A DNA stretch of 64,000 bases from a virus: IMG/VR virus record IMGVR_UViG_3300043773_002340, positions 7,913 to 71,912 of that record. One strand, given 5' to 3'. The position numbers were made by a program, and so were the translations under genes. Shown here piece after piece: positions 37,922 through 48,818 of the stretch. The notes under the pieces were generated by a model, which saw nothing but the letters and a program-made list of their open reading frames with translations, was not told the DNA's origin and made no database searches. The stretch's first letter is position 1, and every line of letters starts with the position of its first letter.

Positions 37922-40900
37922 TCAGTTCAGCATGTAGAGTGTTTGATCCTCAACCAGCGGCTCGCGCCATGCGACGTCCTTCTGTTGGTCGAAGAAGCCA
38001 TCCTCAGCACCGGCAAGATCGGCGGCGAAGTAGGCGTAGGTGACCTTGCAGTTGTTGGGATCTTCGAGGTAGCTCTCGGGTCCTTGAGGACAAAGCGGAG
38101 GATATTTGTAGATGCTGGCGTCCCAAACTGGGGCAGCTATCGGTATGATCGATTTTACCCGAAGGTCACGTTGGACGAAGCCTGTCAGTGCACGATTGCC
38201 AGTTGGCTCCAGATAAACTCCATCCCAGTCGCCATTGTCGAGTGCTTGGCGAAGGTGGAGTGGGTCGTACTCGTTCAAGTAGGTTTCGGTCCACTCATCG
38301 TACTTTTCGTCTATCGTGAATTCAAGTGCCGCCGGAGCAAACTCACCCGACGGAGTAGGCGAATCTTCGAAGTATTCGTCGATGTTGTAGAAACCCTCAA
38401 CGTCAGAATAGAGGAACGGTTCGCTGTAGAGAACGGCTCCGACTCCGGGATCTTGGCGGTAGAAGACGACCTCTTCGTAGATTTGTGGTTTGATGATTTC
38501 TGTCGGACAACGCATGTCCTTGAGAGAACCGTCTGTGCCCCCGTAAGTGAAGTCCTCAACGACCAAATTTGCTCTGCTCCACTTGGCGCCATTCCGCCCA
38601 TACTCAGACGGGAGGCGGATGAAGGAGCGGTCCCAATTCTCGTCTCCGGGGCCGAGATTCAGGTCAGAGAGAAGCGGGTTGGCGTAGGTGTCGTTGGCGA
38701 AGGTGCGGGAGTCGGTGACCTCCAAAGACTGCGTCTTCCACGGTCGCAGTGTGACACCGGCATTTTGAACTGCGGGCGCGAGATAGAATTTCGCAGTGGA
38801 GAACACCCACTCGGTGATTTGCGCGGGAGGATAGGAGTTGTTCGAGGGTCCCACCCAAATTTTGGGGAACGACTGAATGCCCGCTTCTGACAGGGCCTTG
38901 TACTCAAATCTCAACGCGCAATTCAGTTCTTCCACCGTCACAAACAGGGAGAAATCCTCTGTTTCGTACAGTTGCCCGAATGTAATGGGATCGAAGGCGT
39001 CAGTCACATAGATCGCGATTTGAGAGAAGTCCGGTCCAGGATCTGGAGACTGCGAGAATTCCCAGCCGATGCCAGTTTCCATGTTCCAGTTTGTTTCGAC
39101 CCAGCCATTGACACCGTTGGGTGACTCATAGAACATGGCAACACCAGGAGTTTCTGGATCCTGCCAAAGATCTCCCTGGTCAATGACACACGAACCGTTG
39201 GAGAGAATGGGTTTAAGAGGGAAATAGTCACAGTCGGGAGTACCAAATTGACACACCGACGTAGGATAGTCGATCTCCACCCACAACTCTTGACGATCAC
39301 GATCGAGATAAAGAACTGCGAACGCGCCTGTTTCGGTGTTCCAGTAGTAGTCACCCACATTAGCGCTCGCCGGAGGTTGATCACCAACGTAACACTTGTT
39401 CCCCGTCACCAATCCCAACAGCTTGTCGAAGTTGATGAGAGTGTCGACAGGGGCGAGATAGAGTGCCTCCTGTTCGTCGAAACCGTGAATGTCGAGGGCG
39501 TCGAAGACGAAGTCCATCGGGCGAGCGCCACCCTTGTTGCCCCACACTCCGAGGAAGTTGTTGAGCGGTCCACGCTCATTGTAGGGAACCGAGGTGACGA
39601 GTTCGACTCGGCCGGTGAAGTCGGCACTGATGTCGATCACCTGAGGGTTGGCGCCGAATGCGGAAAGAATGGTGATGCTGGGGACGAAGGTTTCTCCCTG
39701 AGTCGTGGTCGCCCTGTAACTCACATACAGGAAGTCACCACGAATCTCCCAATTCAGTTTGTAGTCGCCTGTTTGATAGATGTTCGGAACCGCGGTTCCA
39801 TTGACCTGCACAGACAGGTTCGAAGCGTAGGCGGGAGTGAATACCGTCGTTTGAAGGGCGTTGTTGAAGAACTCAATCTCGTACCACTCCGGTTGACGGA
39901 CGTCGGCGTCATTTACGTAGAATCCCTCGTCGTCCAACACGCAGTTGAAGAAGACGAATCCTTCTGCGGTGACCCCGTTGGGATTGTGAATGTAGAAGTT
40001 GTCCGGATTGAAGATGTAAAGACCTTCGACACTCTGGAAACTCGGGTTGATGTAGATGAACCCGTTGGCGAAGGAGTCAGGGAAGAAGTAGTAGAACTCG
40101 TCTGGGCTATCTCCCGCATCCCAGATAAACACACGACCTTCCGGTGACTGCCAGATTGTGCCCGGCTTGATGTCATACGTGTATGGCGGTGGTGCTGCCT
40201 GATTTTGAAGACTTATGAACGCCGTCGCGGTGCCAGTTTGAACCCACTGGTCGCCGATGTTGGCGTACAACGAGTTCACTCCAGCGTCATACCACAGAGG
40301 ATTGGTGTTAGCGGGAGGAAGATCGCCCAGGTGGAGATACGTGCCTAGACTGAAGTTCAGACCAGCAACGTTATACGATCTCTCAATGTTGTAGACGTCA
40401 GTGACCGGATTGAAGCCAGCCCCCGCTTCACCCCAGTCGGAAGGGTCTGTCCACTCGACGATCTGAACTTGCTTTGACGCAATTGAACGTTTGATCTGTG
40501 CGGCGTACGCCCACACGAGTTCCACCCTGTTCCCAATCGCTTCCGGTGGAACATACAGTTGCCACAGACCTTTGGACTCCACCCACTGACATTCCACCCA
40601 AGGGGTGAAATTGTTCTGGTCTACCGACAGGTAAACGGCACGATCGAAATAGTAGTATGATCCGCCGTAGAGATTGAGTTGGACGTAATCGAGAAGAGTG
40701 TCGTTCTGACTAAACGGACTGACGATGAGATCGTAGTAGTCGTAGAATTGTGTGGCTCGAGTCAGATTGCCGGTCGAACAACGAAAATCGGCATCACCAC
40801 TCGCAAGCGGCTCAGGGCGGTAGAAGGGAAATGGGCGGTTCTCGGCACAATCTACTTTGACCGCTGCGCCGAGTTCGAGCAGCGAGAGGATTTCGGATGA

Positions 40901-41302
40901 GATCTCACCGATGTTCAACGAGAGGAAATCCGCCCCCTCTGTGAGGTCGTAGATATATGCCTGCTGATCACCGATGATCACGCGCTGACCGACTTTGATA
41001 TTGGGCTTCTTGTCCGTGATAAGCGCAGGCTCCCACGAGCGGACTTCCCTCAGTCGCAGAAGCGTGTAGCTGTTATAAACACCGAATGTTCCGCCAAGAA
41101 GTGCCCTTTTCTGGGCGACCGTTGTTGGGAGATCCGTCCAATAGTTATCACCACTCCACCCAAGAATCTGCGCGACCCAATTCAATTGGACATTGACTCT
41201 TTCGGCAACCTGTGAAATCTGAGCGAATTGCTCAGCTGACACTACCGAAGGCAGCTCATTTCTGAGCTCAAATTGAACCGGATTGAATATGGGTTTGGCC
41301 AT
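37922..41302 (-). CDS. Large baseplate/virion structural protein (possible P2 gpI-like N-terminus)
   Basis: LNWVAQILGWSGDNYW...KRALL; repeated P...GD.W modules; located in the baseplate cluster. Confidence 0.65.
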   Translation of the reverse strand: MAKPIFNPVQFELRNELPSVVSAEQFAQISQVAERVNVQLNWVAQILGWSGDNYWTDLPTTVAQKRALLGGTFGVYNSYTLLRLREVRSWEPALITDKKPNIKVGQRVIIGDQQAYIYDLTEGADFLSLNIGEISSEILSLLELGAAVKVDCAENRPFPFYRPEPLASGDADFRCSTGNLTRATQFYDYYDLIVSPFSQNDTLLDYVQLNLYGGSYYYFDRAVYLSVDQNNFTPWVECQWVESKGLWQLYVPPEAIGNRVELVWAYAAQIKRSIASKQVQIVEWTDPSDWGEAGAGFNPVTDVYNIERSYNVAGLNFSLGTYLHLGDLPPANTNPLWYDAGVNSLYANIGDQWVQTGTATAFISLQNQAAPPPYTYDIKPGTIWQSPEGRVFIWDAGDSPDEFYYFFPDSFANGFIYINPSFQSVEGLYIFNPDNFYIHNPNGVTAEGFVFFNCVLDDEGFYVNDADVRQPEWYEIEFFNNALQTTVFTPAYASNLSVQVNGTAVPNIYQTGDYKLNWEIRGDFLYVSYRATTTQGETFVPSITILSAFGANPQVIDISADFTGRVELVTSVPYNERGPLNNFLGVWGNKGGARPMDFVFDALDIHGFDEQEALYLAPVDTLINFDKLLGLVTGNKCYVGDQPPASANVGDYYWNTETGAFAVLYLDRDRQELWVEIDYPTSVCQFGTPDCDYFPLKPILSNGSCVIDQGDLWQDPETPGVAMFYESPNGVNGWVETNWNMETGIGWEFSQSPDPGPDFSQIAIYVTDAFDPITFGQLYETEDFSLFVTVEELNCALRFEYKALSEAGIQSFPKIWVGPSNNSYPPAQITEWVFSTAKFYLAPAVQNAGVTLRPWKTQSLEVTDSRTFANDTYANPLLSDLNLGPGDENWDRSFIRLPSEYGRNGAKWSRANLVVEDFTYGGTDGSLKDMRCPTEIIKPQIYEEVVFYRQDPGVGAVLYSEPFLYSDVEGFYNIDEYFEDSPTPSGEFAPAALEFTIDEKYDEWTETYLNEYDPLHLRQALDNGDWDGVYLEPTGNRALTGFVQRDLRVKSIIPIAAPVWDASIYKYPPLCPQGPESYLEDPNNCKVTYAYFAADLAGAEDGFFDQQKDVAWREPLVEDQTLYMLN

Positions 41303-41308
41303 CAGGTG

Positions 41309-42241
41309 TTAGTAGTAGAAGAACGGGAATTCTTTGTAAATTTGAAGCTGAGCGTCGGCCGGGAAACCAAATTGGGCTTGGGGAGAGAGGTCTCCTGTCG
41401 GGTTTGCCACACCTGGGAAGTTCCAGGGGACTACACCGTCCGCGAAGACATCATTGCCGAAGACCCACATTTGCACTCGTCCCCTCCATCGTGGATATTC
41501 TTGAACCCAACCTCCGCAAGTGTCCCAGCCGGTTTGAGTGCCTGATGAGATAACGTTGTTGAGAATGGATGGAGCCGGGAGAGGATACGGTGGGAAGAGC
41601 GGAGTGATGGTCTGAATGAAGGGTATTCCAAACTGGCTGAAGGAATAGTAGAAAGGCGGCTCCCAAACGAAGGGGATTCCCTCACTCTCACGGTTGGGTT
41701 TCCAAGTGTAGTTGCACCAGATGTAGAAGTTTCCGCCCGCCCACATCTGATCCGGGATCTCCATATTATTCTCCCAGGGACCGACTTTCAGACCGACCTG
41801 CGGGGCGACATTTCCTGGACAGATTGCGCCAGGAGGAACGATCCGACCGATTTCCCAACCATCGTCCCTGACTTCTGGGTTGGAGAAATATGGGCGAATT
41901 GTTGTGTTGTAGATTTCGAAATCTTCGCCAATTTTGAAGTCAACCGGGTTGCCGTAGATGTCCTGAGCACCGCCCACCCGTTCAAAAACTCCGAGCGCAC
42001 CGTCACCAAATGGGGTGACCTGCATTGTGTAGCTCAACTGTGTGGGGACAAACTGAACAGGCTTTGCGGCCATCTGCCCAAAAATCTCGTTTGGATTGCT
42101 GGTGTTTTTGGTGTAGAAAATGAGTTTGAAATCCTCGGTGACGATGACGGGATGGTCAAACTCCTGCACAATAGTCATGACCTGGGGCCATGAACCAAGC
42201 TGGGGTGCCGTTACTGTTGTGGAGATGAGATTGGCCATCAA
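41309..42241 (-). CDS. Hypothetical virion protein
   Basis: Aromatic/Pro-rich ORF in the baseplate cluster. Confidence 0.65.
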   Translation of the reverse strand: MMANLISTTVTAPQLGSWPQVMTIVQEFDHPVIVTEDFKLIFYTKNTSNPNEIFGQMAAKPVQFVPTQLSYTMQVTPFGDGALGVFERVGGAQDIYGNPVDFKIGEDFEIYNTTIRPYFSNPEVRDDGWEIGRIVPPGAICPGNVAPQVGLKVGPWENNMEIPDQMWAGGNFYIWCNYTWKPNRESEGIPFVWEPPFYYSFSQFGIPFIQTITPLFPPYPLPAPSILNNVISSGTQTGWDTCGGWVQEYPRWRGRVQMWVFGNDVFADGVVPWNFPGVANPTGDLSPQAQFGFPADAQLQIYKEFPFFYY

Positions 42242-42242
42242 T

Positions 42243-43397
42243 TTAAGGAAGTGGGGTGGTGGTGTAAATCCAGTTGAGCTGGAAATAGACTTGAATTAGC
42301 ATTGGGACGGGGTCTGTATCTTTTGCCAATCTCCATGGGGCTAGGCAGTTAAGGTTAGCTGACGACGGCCTTTGATTGGTCCATGTCGATGGCATGTTCT
42401 TGAGTGGATCTCCATTGGCAGGGTTTGCCAAAATCCAGCCCTCAAAACGGCCTATAGCCGAATTTTGACCCGCACCCGTGGCCGTGGTGGCTGGGCCATA
42501 ATAAGGACAAGGATTGTAAGCGTGGTCCTGAGCGGCGGTTCCACCAAAAGTGTTGGAAGCCAATCTGCTGCCGTAGCTATTGTACGCCGTCTCGTAGTTA
42601 ATCGGTGCCAAATAAGTGGGGAGTTGAGTAGTGGTGATGTCTTGCCCACCTAGGCCAGCAAAGTTGTAAGCCTGTGGTCCAGAACAGGTACGAGTGTCAT
42701 TGCTGCTGTAGTATTTTTGGAAGAACGGGTAGATAAAGGGGTTTTGCCAATAACTGGCACCTCCCGCCGTCCACCACCAGAAGTTACCCCCGTCCCAAGG
42801 CACAATCGGGCGAGGAGTGAAGTCAGAGGTGTCGCTGATTTTAATGTCTGTTCCGGGGTAGTTGTAAGTTACAGACCCGGGACCGCCACAAGCCCAGTTA
42901 GAGCGGAGTGTAGGCAATCCGTTTATAGTAGGTGCGGGACTGATACTTGTGGTGTTTGACTGAAAGTAGGGATAATACGTCAAACACTTAACGTTACTAA
43001 ATACACTTGAGGCCAAAAATGGTGTCCAGTCCCCCTCCACACCTGCCGCATTGACAACCTTCAAGACCAGCGGTTTATTCCACGACTGTCTGGAAACACG
43101 AAGAGTTCCCACCATGAAAGGTGACACAGTAAATGAAAACTGTATCGTGTAGGGGTCGAGAACCTTGATGTCTTTTTGTTGAATGAGCGTCTGCCCTAAA
43201 AACACTCTAGAGGGGGTCGGCGCTGTACCTTCAACGGGGTTATAGCCCGTAATTGTAATTCCGGGCTCTCGCTCAGTCTCGAAAATCAAGTTTTTGATCT
43301 CATAACTGACAAATGCCTGGTCCCAAACCACCGTGATGGCAATTCTCTGAGGGTAGGTCGCTTCCGTGGCGTTCACTGAGATATTTACGATTCTCAT
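42243..43397 (-). CDS. Hypothetical virion protein
   Basis: Aromatic/Thr/Pro-rich; N-terminus weakly resembles that of 41309..42241 (YPQRIAITVVWD vs WPQVMTIVQEFD). Confidence 0.65.
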   Translation of the reverse strand: MRIVNISVNATEATYPQRIAITVVWDQAFVSYEIKNLIFETEREPGITITGYNPVEGTAPTPSRVFLGQTLIQQKDIKVLDPYTIQFSFTVSPFMVGTLRVSRQSWNKPLVLKVVNAAGVEGDWTPFLASSVFSNVKCLTYYPYFQSNTTSISPAPTINGLPTLRSNWACGGPGSVTYNYPGTDIKISDTSDFTPRPIVPWDGGNFWWWTAGGASYWQNPFIYPFFQKYYSSNDTRTCSGPQAYNFAGLGGQDITTTQLPTYLAPINYETAYNSYGSRLASNTFGGTAAQDHAYNPCPYYGPATTATGAGQNSAIGRFEGWILANPANGDPLKNMPSTWTNQRPSSANLNCLAPWRLAKDTDPVPMLIQVYFQLNWIYTTTPLP

Positions 43398-44899
43398 GGG
43401 TTCATAACCTCAAGCGTGATCTCGGTGATCGCTGGGTTGCCTGGTTGAGTGAAGAGCGACACAGTAGCCCCAGTGAGTGAAGTATTTTCGGGAAGTGGCG
43501 GATAGAGCAACACAGAAGCTCCCACAATGAGGGTGGCAGGCGGCAACAGCGGCGGCGGCGGATAGGGCAGAGGGTCGGAGTTGACGTCTACGCCATACAA
43601 CTCCAGGCCTTCGTATGATGTCCGAAGAAGGGTGGGAGGGGCGAGATAGCGAGGTGTGAAGTTTCTTACTTCCTCCCACAGATTGATCAGCTGCTCGTCC
43701 CAATAGACTGTCAGCCAGTCGGCGATGGGCTCGTAGTCCCGATTTACGATCTCCCGAATGTCATCTTTGAAAAGCTCGCCATTGGGCTTGTAGGGAATCT
43801 GATAGTTATCGACACTGACGATGGCAAGACGGCAAAGTGACACGTTCTCGGGGACGAGATTCGTCGGATAGATCGCGAGTTGCGCACGAGGCCGCGGAGC
43901 GGTCGGTCTTGTGGGAATGTAGAGCAGTCCGGACACGGTGAGTTGGGATGCACTGGTGCGAACGTTGAAGCCCCAGTCCAGTCTCCACCTTTTCTGTGGC
44001 ACAAGATCCGTCTGAAATTCCCAGTAGAATCCCTCACTGTCTCTCTTCGCCTGTTGTTGCTGGACAAGTTTCCACCGTACACCCACTTCTGAGGAGGCGA
44101 CGCTCAATGAACATGGCGGCACGTTCTCCGTCAGTTCTGTGCGAATCTTGATGGTGTCCAACTTCCAGGGGAGAACCGACTCCCACTCGACCCAGCTGTC
44201 AGTGGGTTGCTCGTAGTCTGGCATTCCGGGCAAAATGCCCGCCTGAGCGCCCGGAGTGCGATTGACGAGATCAATGAAGTTCTGCCAGCCCAGTCCGTCT
44301 GTGGCTTGTGCGAACAGATTAATCCCAGGAAACGGCCACGGGTCCGCGACATCATCGCTCCTTCTAAAACTGGCCGAAGCACTGTCATCCACATTGAAGT
44401 TCAGTCCGGCGAGGCAGTAGTCCTCTACCTGAAATGGCAGCGGTTGCGGCTCGTCATCATAAATGAGCTGATAGCAGATGAGATATCGCCCGTCTGCAAC
44501 TCCCACCTCCCGAAAATCCACGAAAGTTTTGTAGATGGGAGTCGTTCCCTCTTCCCACACGACAACGCCGTCCTCGATAAGGAGAACATCACGATTTTCG
44601 GACTGATTGACGTACAGAGAGCCCGGGCCAAACTGATCGTTTCCCGGGGGAATGAGCACGTATCCACGACCGCTCTCCTCAAAGAAGTCCAGCTGGTACT
44701 GCTCAGAGGCTGCGGGCAGCCGCCCGTAAATCGGCCTACCGACGGGGTTCCACTCGGTGGGCTGAACACGCAGTCCTTTCACCTCTTTGTACTGCTCTGA
44801 GAGCAGTTTCACCCTCTGCGGGTTGACCGTTGTGGTGAGTTGAGGGGAGATGCCGAGAACTCCCGAGGAAGAGGGAACTGGAGTGAGGGCTTGACTCAT
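43394..44899 (-). CDS. Hypothetical baseplate-associated protein
   Basis: ATGA-type overlap with the baseplate J gene; no recognised motif. Confidence 0.65.
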   Translation of the reverse strand: MSQALTPVPSSSGVLGISPQLTTTVNPQRVKLLSEQYKEVKGLRVQPTEWNPVGRPIYGRLPAASEQYQLDFFEESGRGYVLIPPGNDQFGPGSLYVNQSENRDVLLIEDGVVVWEEGTTPIYKTFVDFREVGVADGRYLICYQLIYDDEPQPLPFQVEDYCLAGLNFNVDDSASASFRRSDDVADPWPFPGINLFAQATDGLGWQNFIDLVNRTPGAQAGILPGMPDYEQPTDSWVEWESVLPWKLDTIKIRTELTENVPPCSLSVASSEVGVRWKLVQQQQAKRDSEGFYWEFQTDLVPQKRWRLDWGFNVRTSASQLTVSGLLYIPTRPTAPRPRAQLAIYPTNLVPENVSLCRLAIVSVDNYQIPYKPNGELFKDDIREIVNRDYEPIADWLTVYWDEQLINLWEEVRNFTPRYLAPPTLLRTSYEGLELYGVDVNSDPLPYPPPPLLPPATLIVGASVLLYPPLPENTSLTGATVSLFTQPGNPAITEITLEVMNP

Positions 44900-47742
44900 A
44901 ACGCTAACGTTCCATCACCGTAGGAGACGGGATTTAACGCCTCCTTTCCGCCAGTGGCATAAGAAAGCGCCGGCACCTCACTCGCGTAGTCCGTGTTCTC
45001 CCACACAAAGACACTCTCTGCGCCGAGCGCATTCTTAGAGCGGAGGGAAAACTGAGTGATGCCGAGTTTGATTCCCGACGTATCGGGACCATTTGGAGCT
45101 TTGATCTGCTCCTCGCACTTGTAGAGACTGACGACTCTCAGCAATTTTCCGCTGAGTTCTTCAATGCGCGCAGTGTCGACCACCTCTTGCCCGTCCCAGT
45201 TGTAGGCCGGAGATTTCGCGGTGAAGTATTTTGTCACGCGGAACATATTTTTTCCATTCTCAGAGAGAACGAGCTCTTCAAAGTTCCGCAGTCCAGTCGA
45301 TGCGAAAAATGGAATGGCCGCTTGGTTCGACACGTCGGTCGGAACAAGGATTCCCGCGCTGATGTAGACTGCGGGAGTGAATAGCGGTGAGAAGTGTCTC
45401 GTCGCCACGTACGAAAGGATGGTGTTCTGTTGTCTGAAGAGTGTGGTGTCCCCAGGCGCGAACACGAACATAGGCTTGGGCGGACACAGTTGCGCCACGC
45501 CATTCTCCGAACTTGGGGAGATTTGCCGCTCCAACTCGAGACGGATACTGGGAGAAGTGTCAATTCGCGAGATAAGTCCCTGATCGACGAGCTCGGTCAT
45601 GTCTGCCGATGTTGGGGTGAAGCCAGTCAGCGAGAAATAGTACTCGTTCTCCGATTGAGCCGTAGCGCGATAGCTAATCAGAGTTTGTGGAGCAAAACGC
45701 GGAGAATACTGAAACAGCGGTTGCGAAAGCAAAGCATTGGCAACATTCACAGTCTGAAGCATTCCGCTTTGAATCAGATCGTCAAAACTCTCCGACAAAG
45801 TTCTTCCAGCGGACGGAAGGAAGGTGAATGTTTTGGCAACATAGGCATATTTCGTGATCACACCCGCGTTGAGATCTACATAGAAATAGTATGGATCCAC
45901 CTCTTCATCGGGTCCACCACCGACTGATGGAGTTTTCACCCAACTTCCCTGTGTGTAGGTTCCACCACTTTTTAAGATACTGAGAGTGGCTTGAATATTG
46001 GAGACATTACCGGTTGTTTGCGCTCCAACAGTGTCGTTTGTTGAAGGTTGAAGGGTGAAGTCTGCCGTCGCAACGAAACAGTACCATCCCACTCGATAGT
46101 AGAGATTATCAATCCCCGCCGGTTCATAGAATCGTTTCTGACATCTTCCATTGGAGTCAGGATTCAACTCCTGGTCCATAGCGATGATATCCGGATCGTA
46201 GAAACTTGTGCCCTTGTTGTTGACATAGTACTCCGAACCCTCCGCCCACGCGACAAAATCCTTTGGCGCACTGAGTTTACCTTCGAGGATAAACGGGGTG
46301 GGAGAGAGCGACGCATCAGAAAACTCAAAGTTCTTGAGAACCACAATAAGCGAGTTTTCTGCGTCGGGATTCCTGAACACCTGCCCCTGGGCGTAGACTC
46401 CTGGCGCCCACTTCAGAATCTTTTGGATACAGAGATTTTCGTACAGAACTTGAGCAGTTTTGGACGAGCTATAAGGTGTGTAGGCCTTAATGACTGGCCA
46501 CGCTGCTTCAGTTTGTGGAGAGTTCGGATCGCCAATGGTCAACAAGTCATTGACGGAGAACGTCTCCTGTTGTGTTTTAAAGTCGAGAAGTCTTGTCGAT
46601 ACGACCGACGTGGGATTGACCCCGAGAGGGGTGTTGTACGCCCGAGATCCAAGAATGTCTGGCTCAGAATAACGTGTGTCGGCCGGGAAAGTTTGTATCA
46701 GCGCGGAGTTGACATCCGCCACAGATGGGTCATAGTTCGACGGGAATGTCGCTCCCGGGGTGAGAATGCTGAAAAGATCATTTCTCAGACCCAACGAGAA
46801 TGTCTTCAGAAAACCCGCATACTCTGCAGATGGATCATACGAAAGATCGATCTCATACTGAACTTGACTCAGGTTGATGGGATAGACATGACCCTGCATC
46901 TCCAGCGGCATGGAGAAATCGACGATGTTTTGAGCGCGCTGAATCTGTTCGTTTGTGGGTTCTGTACCGTCTGGGTTTAGGAAGAAGAATGAGATGTGGC
47001 CATTGGCGGCCATGTAGTCATTCAACCAAAGATATGTGTATTGCGAGGAACGATTTGGCAGCACCGCAGTGAAAGTGCCCGCACCAAAGAGATCTTCAAA
47101 GAGGTCTTGCCAGTCTTGGGCGGATACTGGGTTCCGACGACGAATGAGAGTGAAGAAACGTTCCTTCGTCTGGTCGAGGGGTTCGACGTCCGAACCACCC
47201 ACCGCGGCGATGGGGTTGGTGACACTGTCAACAACAACATCAAGCGAAGACTGCAGGGTGATCGTGTTCGGGGCGACATTGTTGAAACTGCCGACCAGAA
47301 CAGAAGACGCCGGGACCTCACCCACGGACTCATTTGCGCCAAAGACGAGATCCTCTGAGGTGACAAATTCAAAAGACTCTCCGCCTGTGAGATTGGAATT
47401 CGTGGAGAAAGTGGTGCCCGCCAGGATTGTGCTTTGGAATCCCTGCGGCTGAATTTGAATTCTCAAACGTGTGGTCGATGGCGTGCCAAGGCGACGCATC
47501 GCGCCAAGGAATGGGCCGATCCACTCGATCAGCACCGACTCCGGCAGTTGATTTGCCCAGAACAGGAATTCACCCTGAGCGAACGCTTGACCTTCAAGCA
47601 ACGCCATCAGCGGGTTGCCCGCGCTGAAATCGTTCAGCTTGGCGTTTGAAGAATCGTAGACCCTTTTCGCAGCCTCGTTGACAAGCTGCGCCTCGGTCCG
47701 AGGGTCAATGTTTACCGCCGGTAACGGAGCATAACGAGGCAT
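44896..47742 (-). CDS. Baseplate wedge J/Mu gp47-like protein, extended
   Basis: IDPRTEAQLV...LNDFSAGNP..ALLE; GSFNNVAPNTI; VTNPIAAVGGSDVE; RRNPVSAQDW. Confidence 0.9.
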   Translation of the reverse strand: MPRYAPLPAVNIDPRTEAQLVNEAAKRVYDSSNAKLNDFSAGNPLMALLEGQAFAQGEFLFWANQLPESVLIEWIGPFLGAMRRLGTPSTTRLRIQIQPQGFQSTILAGTTFSTNSNLTGGESFEFVTSEDLVFGANESVGEVPASSVLVGSFNNVAPNTITLQSSLDVVVDSVTNPIAAVGGSDVEPLDQTKERFFTLIRRRNPVSAQDWQDLFEDLFGAGTFTAVLPNRSSQYTYLWLNDYMAANGHISFFFLNPDGTEPTNEQIQRAQNIVDFSMPLEMQGHVYPINLSQVQYEIDLSYDPSAEYAGFLKTFSLGLRNDLFSILTPGATFPSNYDPSVADVNSALIQTFPADTRYSEPDILGSRAYNTPLGVNPTSVVSTRLLDFKTQQETFSVNDLLTIGDPNSPQTEAAWPVIKAYTPYSSSKTAQVLYENLCIQKILKWAPGVYAQGQVFRNPDAENSLIVVLKNFEFSDASLSPTPFILEGKLSAPKDFVAWAEGSEYYVNNKGTSFYDPDIIAMDQELNPDSNGRCQKRFYEPAGIDNLYYRVGWYCFVATADFTLQPSTNDTVGAQTTGNVSNIQATLSILKSGGTYTQGSWVKTPSVGGGPDEEVDPYYFYVDLNAGVITKYAYVAKTFTFLPSAGRTLSESFDDLIQSGMLQTVNVANALLSQPLFQYSPRFAPQTLISYRATAQSENEYYFSLTGFTPTSADMTELVDQGLISRIDTSPSIRLELERQISPSSENGVAQLCPPKPMFVFAPGDTTLFRQQNTILSYVATRHFSPLFTPAVYISAGILVPTDVSNQAAIPFFASTGLRNFEELVLSENGKNMFRVTKYFTAKSPAYNWDGQEVVDTARIEELSGKLLRVVSLYKCEEQIKAPNGPDTSGIKLGITQFSLRSKNALGAESVFVWENTDYASEVPALSYATGGKEALNPVSYGDGTLAL

Positions 47743-47748
47743 GATTTA

Positions 47749-48291
47749 TCAACCAACAGGGCACTGATTGCTGGCAGCGGTGCCAGCGTAGTTATTGCAA
47801 GTGGAGTCTGCGCGGGCGTAGAACCCGTTGTCGATGAAGAGATTGTCAAGGCGCTGCTTCAGCATCAGCACGGTGACGAGATCCGCGTCTCCCATCGAGC
47901 TGAACTTTTGATCAAAGGTGGGATTTGAAACACCACCAGCAAACTGATATTTCGAGTTAGTGGTGAAAGAGAGAGGAGCGTTGAGAGGATTGTTTGCCGG
48001 AACCCCCAAATCAAAACAGCCGGCACCCGCGGATTGTTCGTATCCGAAGTTCCAAGGACCGGTGACGGTCTTAGCGCCAGAAATAGGAGGTGTATTGTAG
48101 CAACCCGACTGCTCTCCAGCAAGAGTCACATAGCGGGAGTCAACACCGTTGGGCCCGCTAAACTGGAGGGAATCGAGACCAAGTTGAGGATAGTGCCAAT
48201 CAAGGTCTGCACCATCAAAATATATCTGTTTCGCTCCGTTCAGCCACTGAGAGGTGACAATAACACCGCTCGAAAAAGTCGTCTTCGCCAT
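47749..48291 (-). CDS. Tail fibre attachment-like protein
   Basis: MAKTTFSSGVIVTSQWLN resembles fibre N-termini; contains IDNGFY. Confidence 0.55.
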   Translation of the reverse strand: MAKTTFSSGVIVTSQWLNGAKQIYFDGADLDWHYPQLGLDSLQFSGPNGVDSRYVTLAGEQSGCYNTPPISGAKTVTGPWNFGYEQSAGAGCFDLGVPANNPLNAPLSFTTNSKYQFAGGVSNPTFDQKFSSMGDADLVTVLMLKQRLDNLFIDNGFYARADSTCNNYAGTAASNQCPVG

Positions 48292-48317
48292 CCGAAGTGT
48301 TCGGTTCTGTGTTAGGG

Positions 48318-48325
48318 TTTTACCC
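48318..48325 (-). promoter_or_regulatory. GGGTAAAA motif (putative late promoter)
   Basis: Just downstream of a terminator; 26 nt upstream of ATG 48291. Confidence 0.7.
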
Positions 48326-48332
48326 TCACACT

Positions 48333-48358
48333 AAAAAGCCCCCGCCGAAGCGAGGGCC
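48333..48358 (-). terminator. Intrinsic terminator after the tail tube gene
   Basis: GGCCCTCGC-TTCG-GCGGGGGCT-TTTT on minus strand. Confidence 0.85.
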
Positions 48359-48374
48359 GAGTGTAGGGTTTGGA

Positions 48375-48818
48375 TCAGTTACGTTCCCAGTAGTTGCATG
48401 TCATCGAGATCTCGATGGTCTGCACATCACCGGAGTCGCGAGCGACTTCAGCGGTGGTGATACTGGTCAGCAGGCATTCGTAAAGAATGTACTGACCACC
48501 ACCAGGACCAGAGTTCAGACCGTCACAGCTGCGAGGAGTCACCGTTACGGTGATCTTCTGACAGTTGTAATCGATCCAAAACTGTTCGAGGGGTTTGAAG
48601 ATCGCTGGATCGTACGGGGCGCCGAGAGTAATATCGTCGGCGGTACGAGGACCAACAACGTGGTAGATCCGGTTCCCTGTGCCGTTGGCGTAAGTTGACG
48701 AGTCGCTGGAGTCCTGTACTCCGGAAAACTCGGTGAAGACCGCAGTGAAGGTCGGTCCGCCGGCAGCGGTGAACGAAACTTCGTACTGGGCCTTTGTTAG
48801 TGGGCGCAGAATAGCCAT
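48375..48818 (-). CDS. Tail tube protein
   Basis: 147 aa beta-rich; FTEFSG..D; DITL; YILYECLLTSI...V.R.SGDV.TIEI tube-like pattern; strong SD. Confidence 0.75.
   Translation of the reverse strand: MAILRPLTKAQYEVSFTAAGGPTFTAVFTEFSGVQDSSDSSTYANGTGNRIYHVVGPRTADDITLGAPYDPAIFKPLEQFWIDYNCQKITVTVTPRSCDGLNSGPGGGQYILYECLLTSITTAEVARDSGDVQTIEISMTCNYWERN

Noticed and set aside
38153-38160. Intragenic GGGTAAAA copy
   Set aside because: About 230 nt from the next start; one chance copy is expected, so not called as a promoter.
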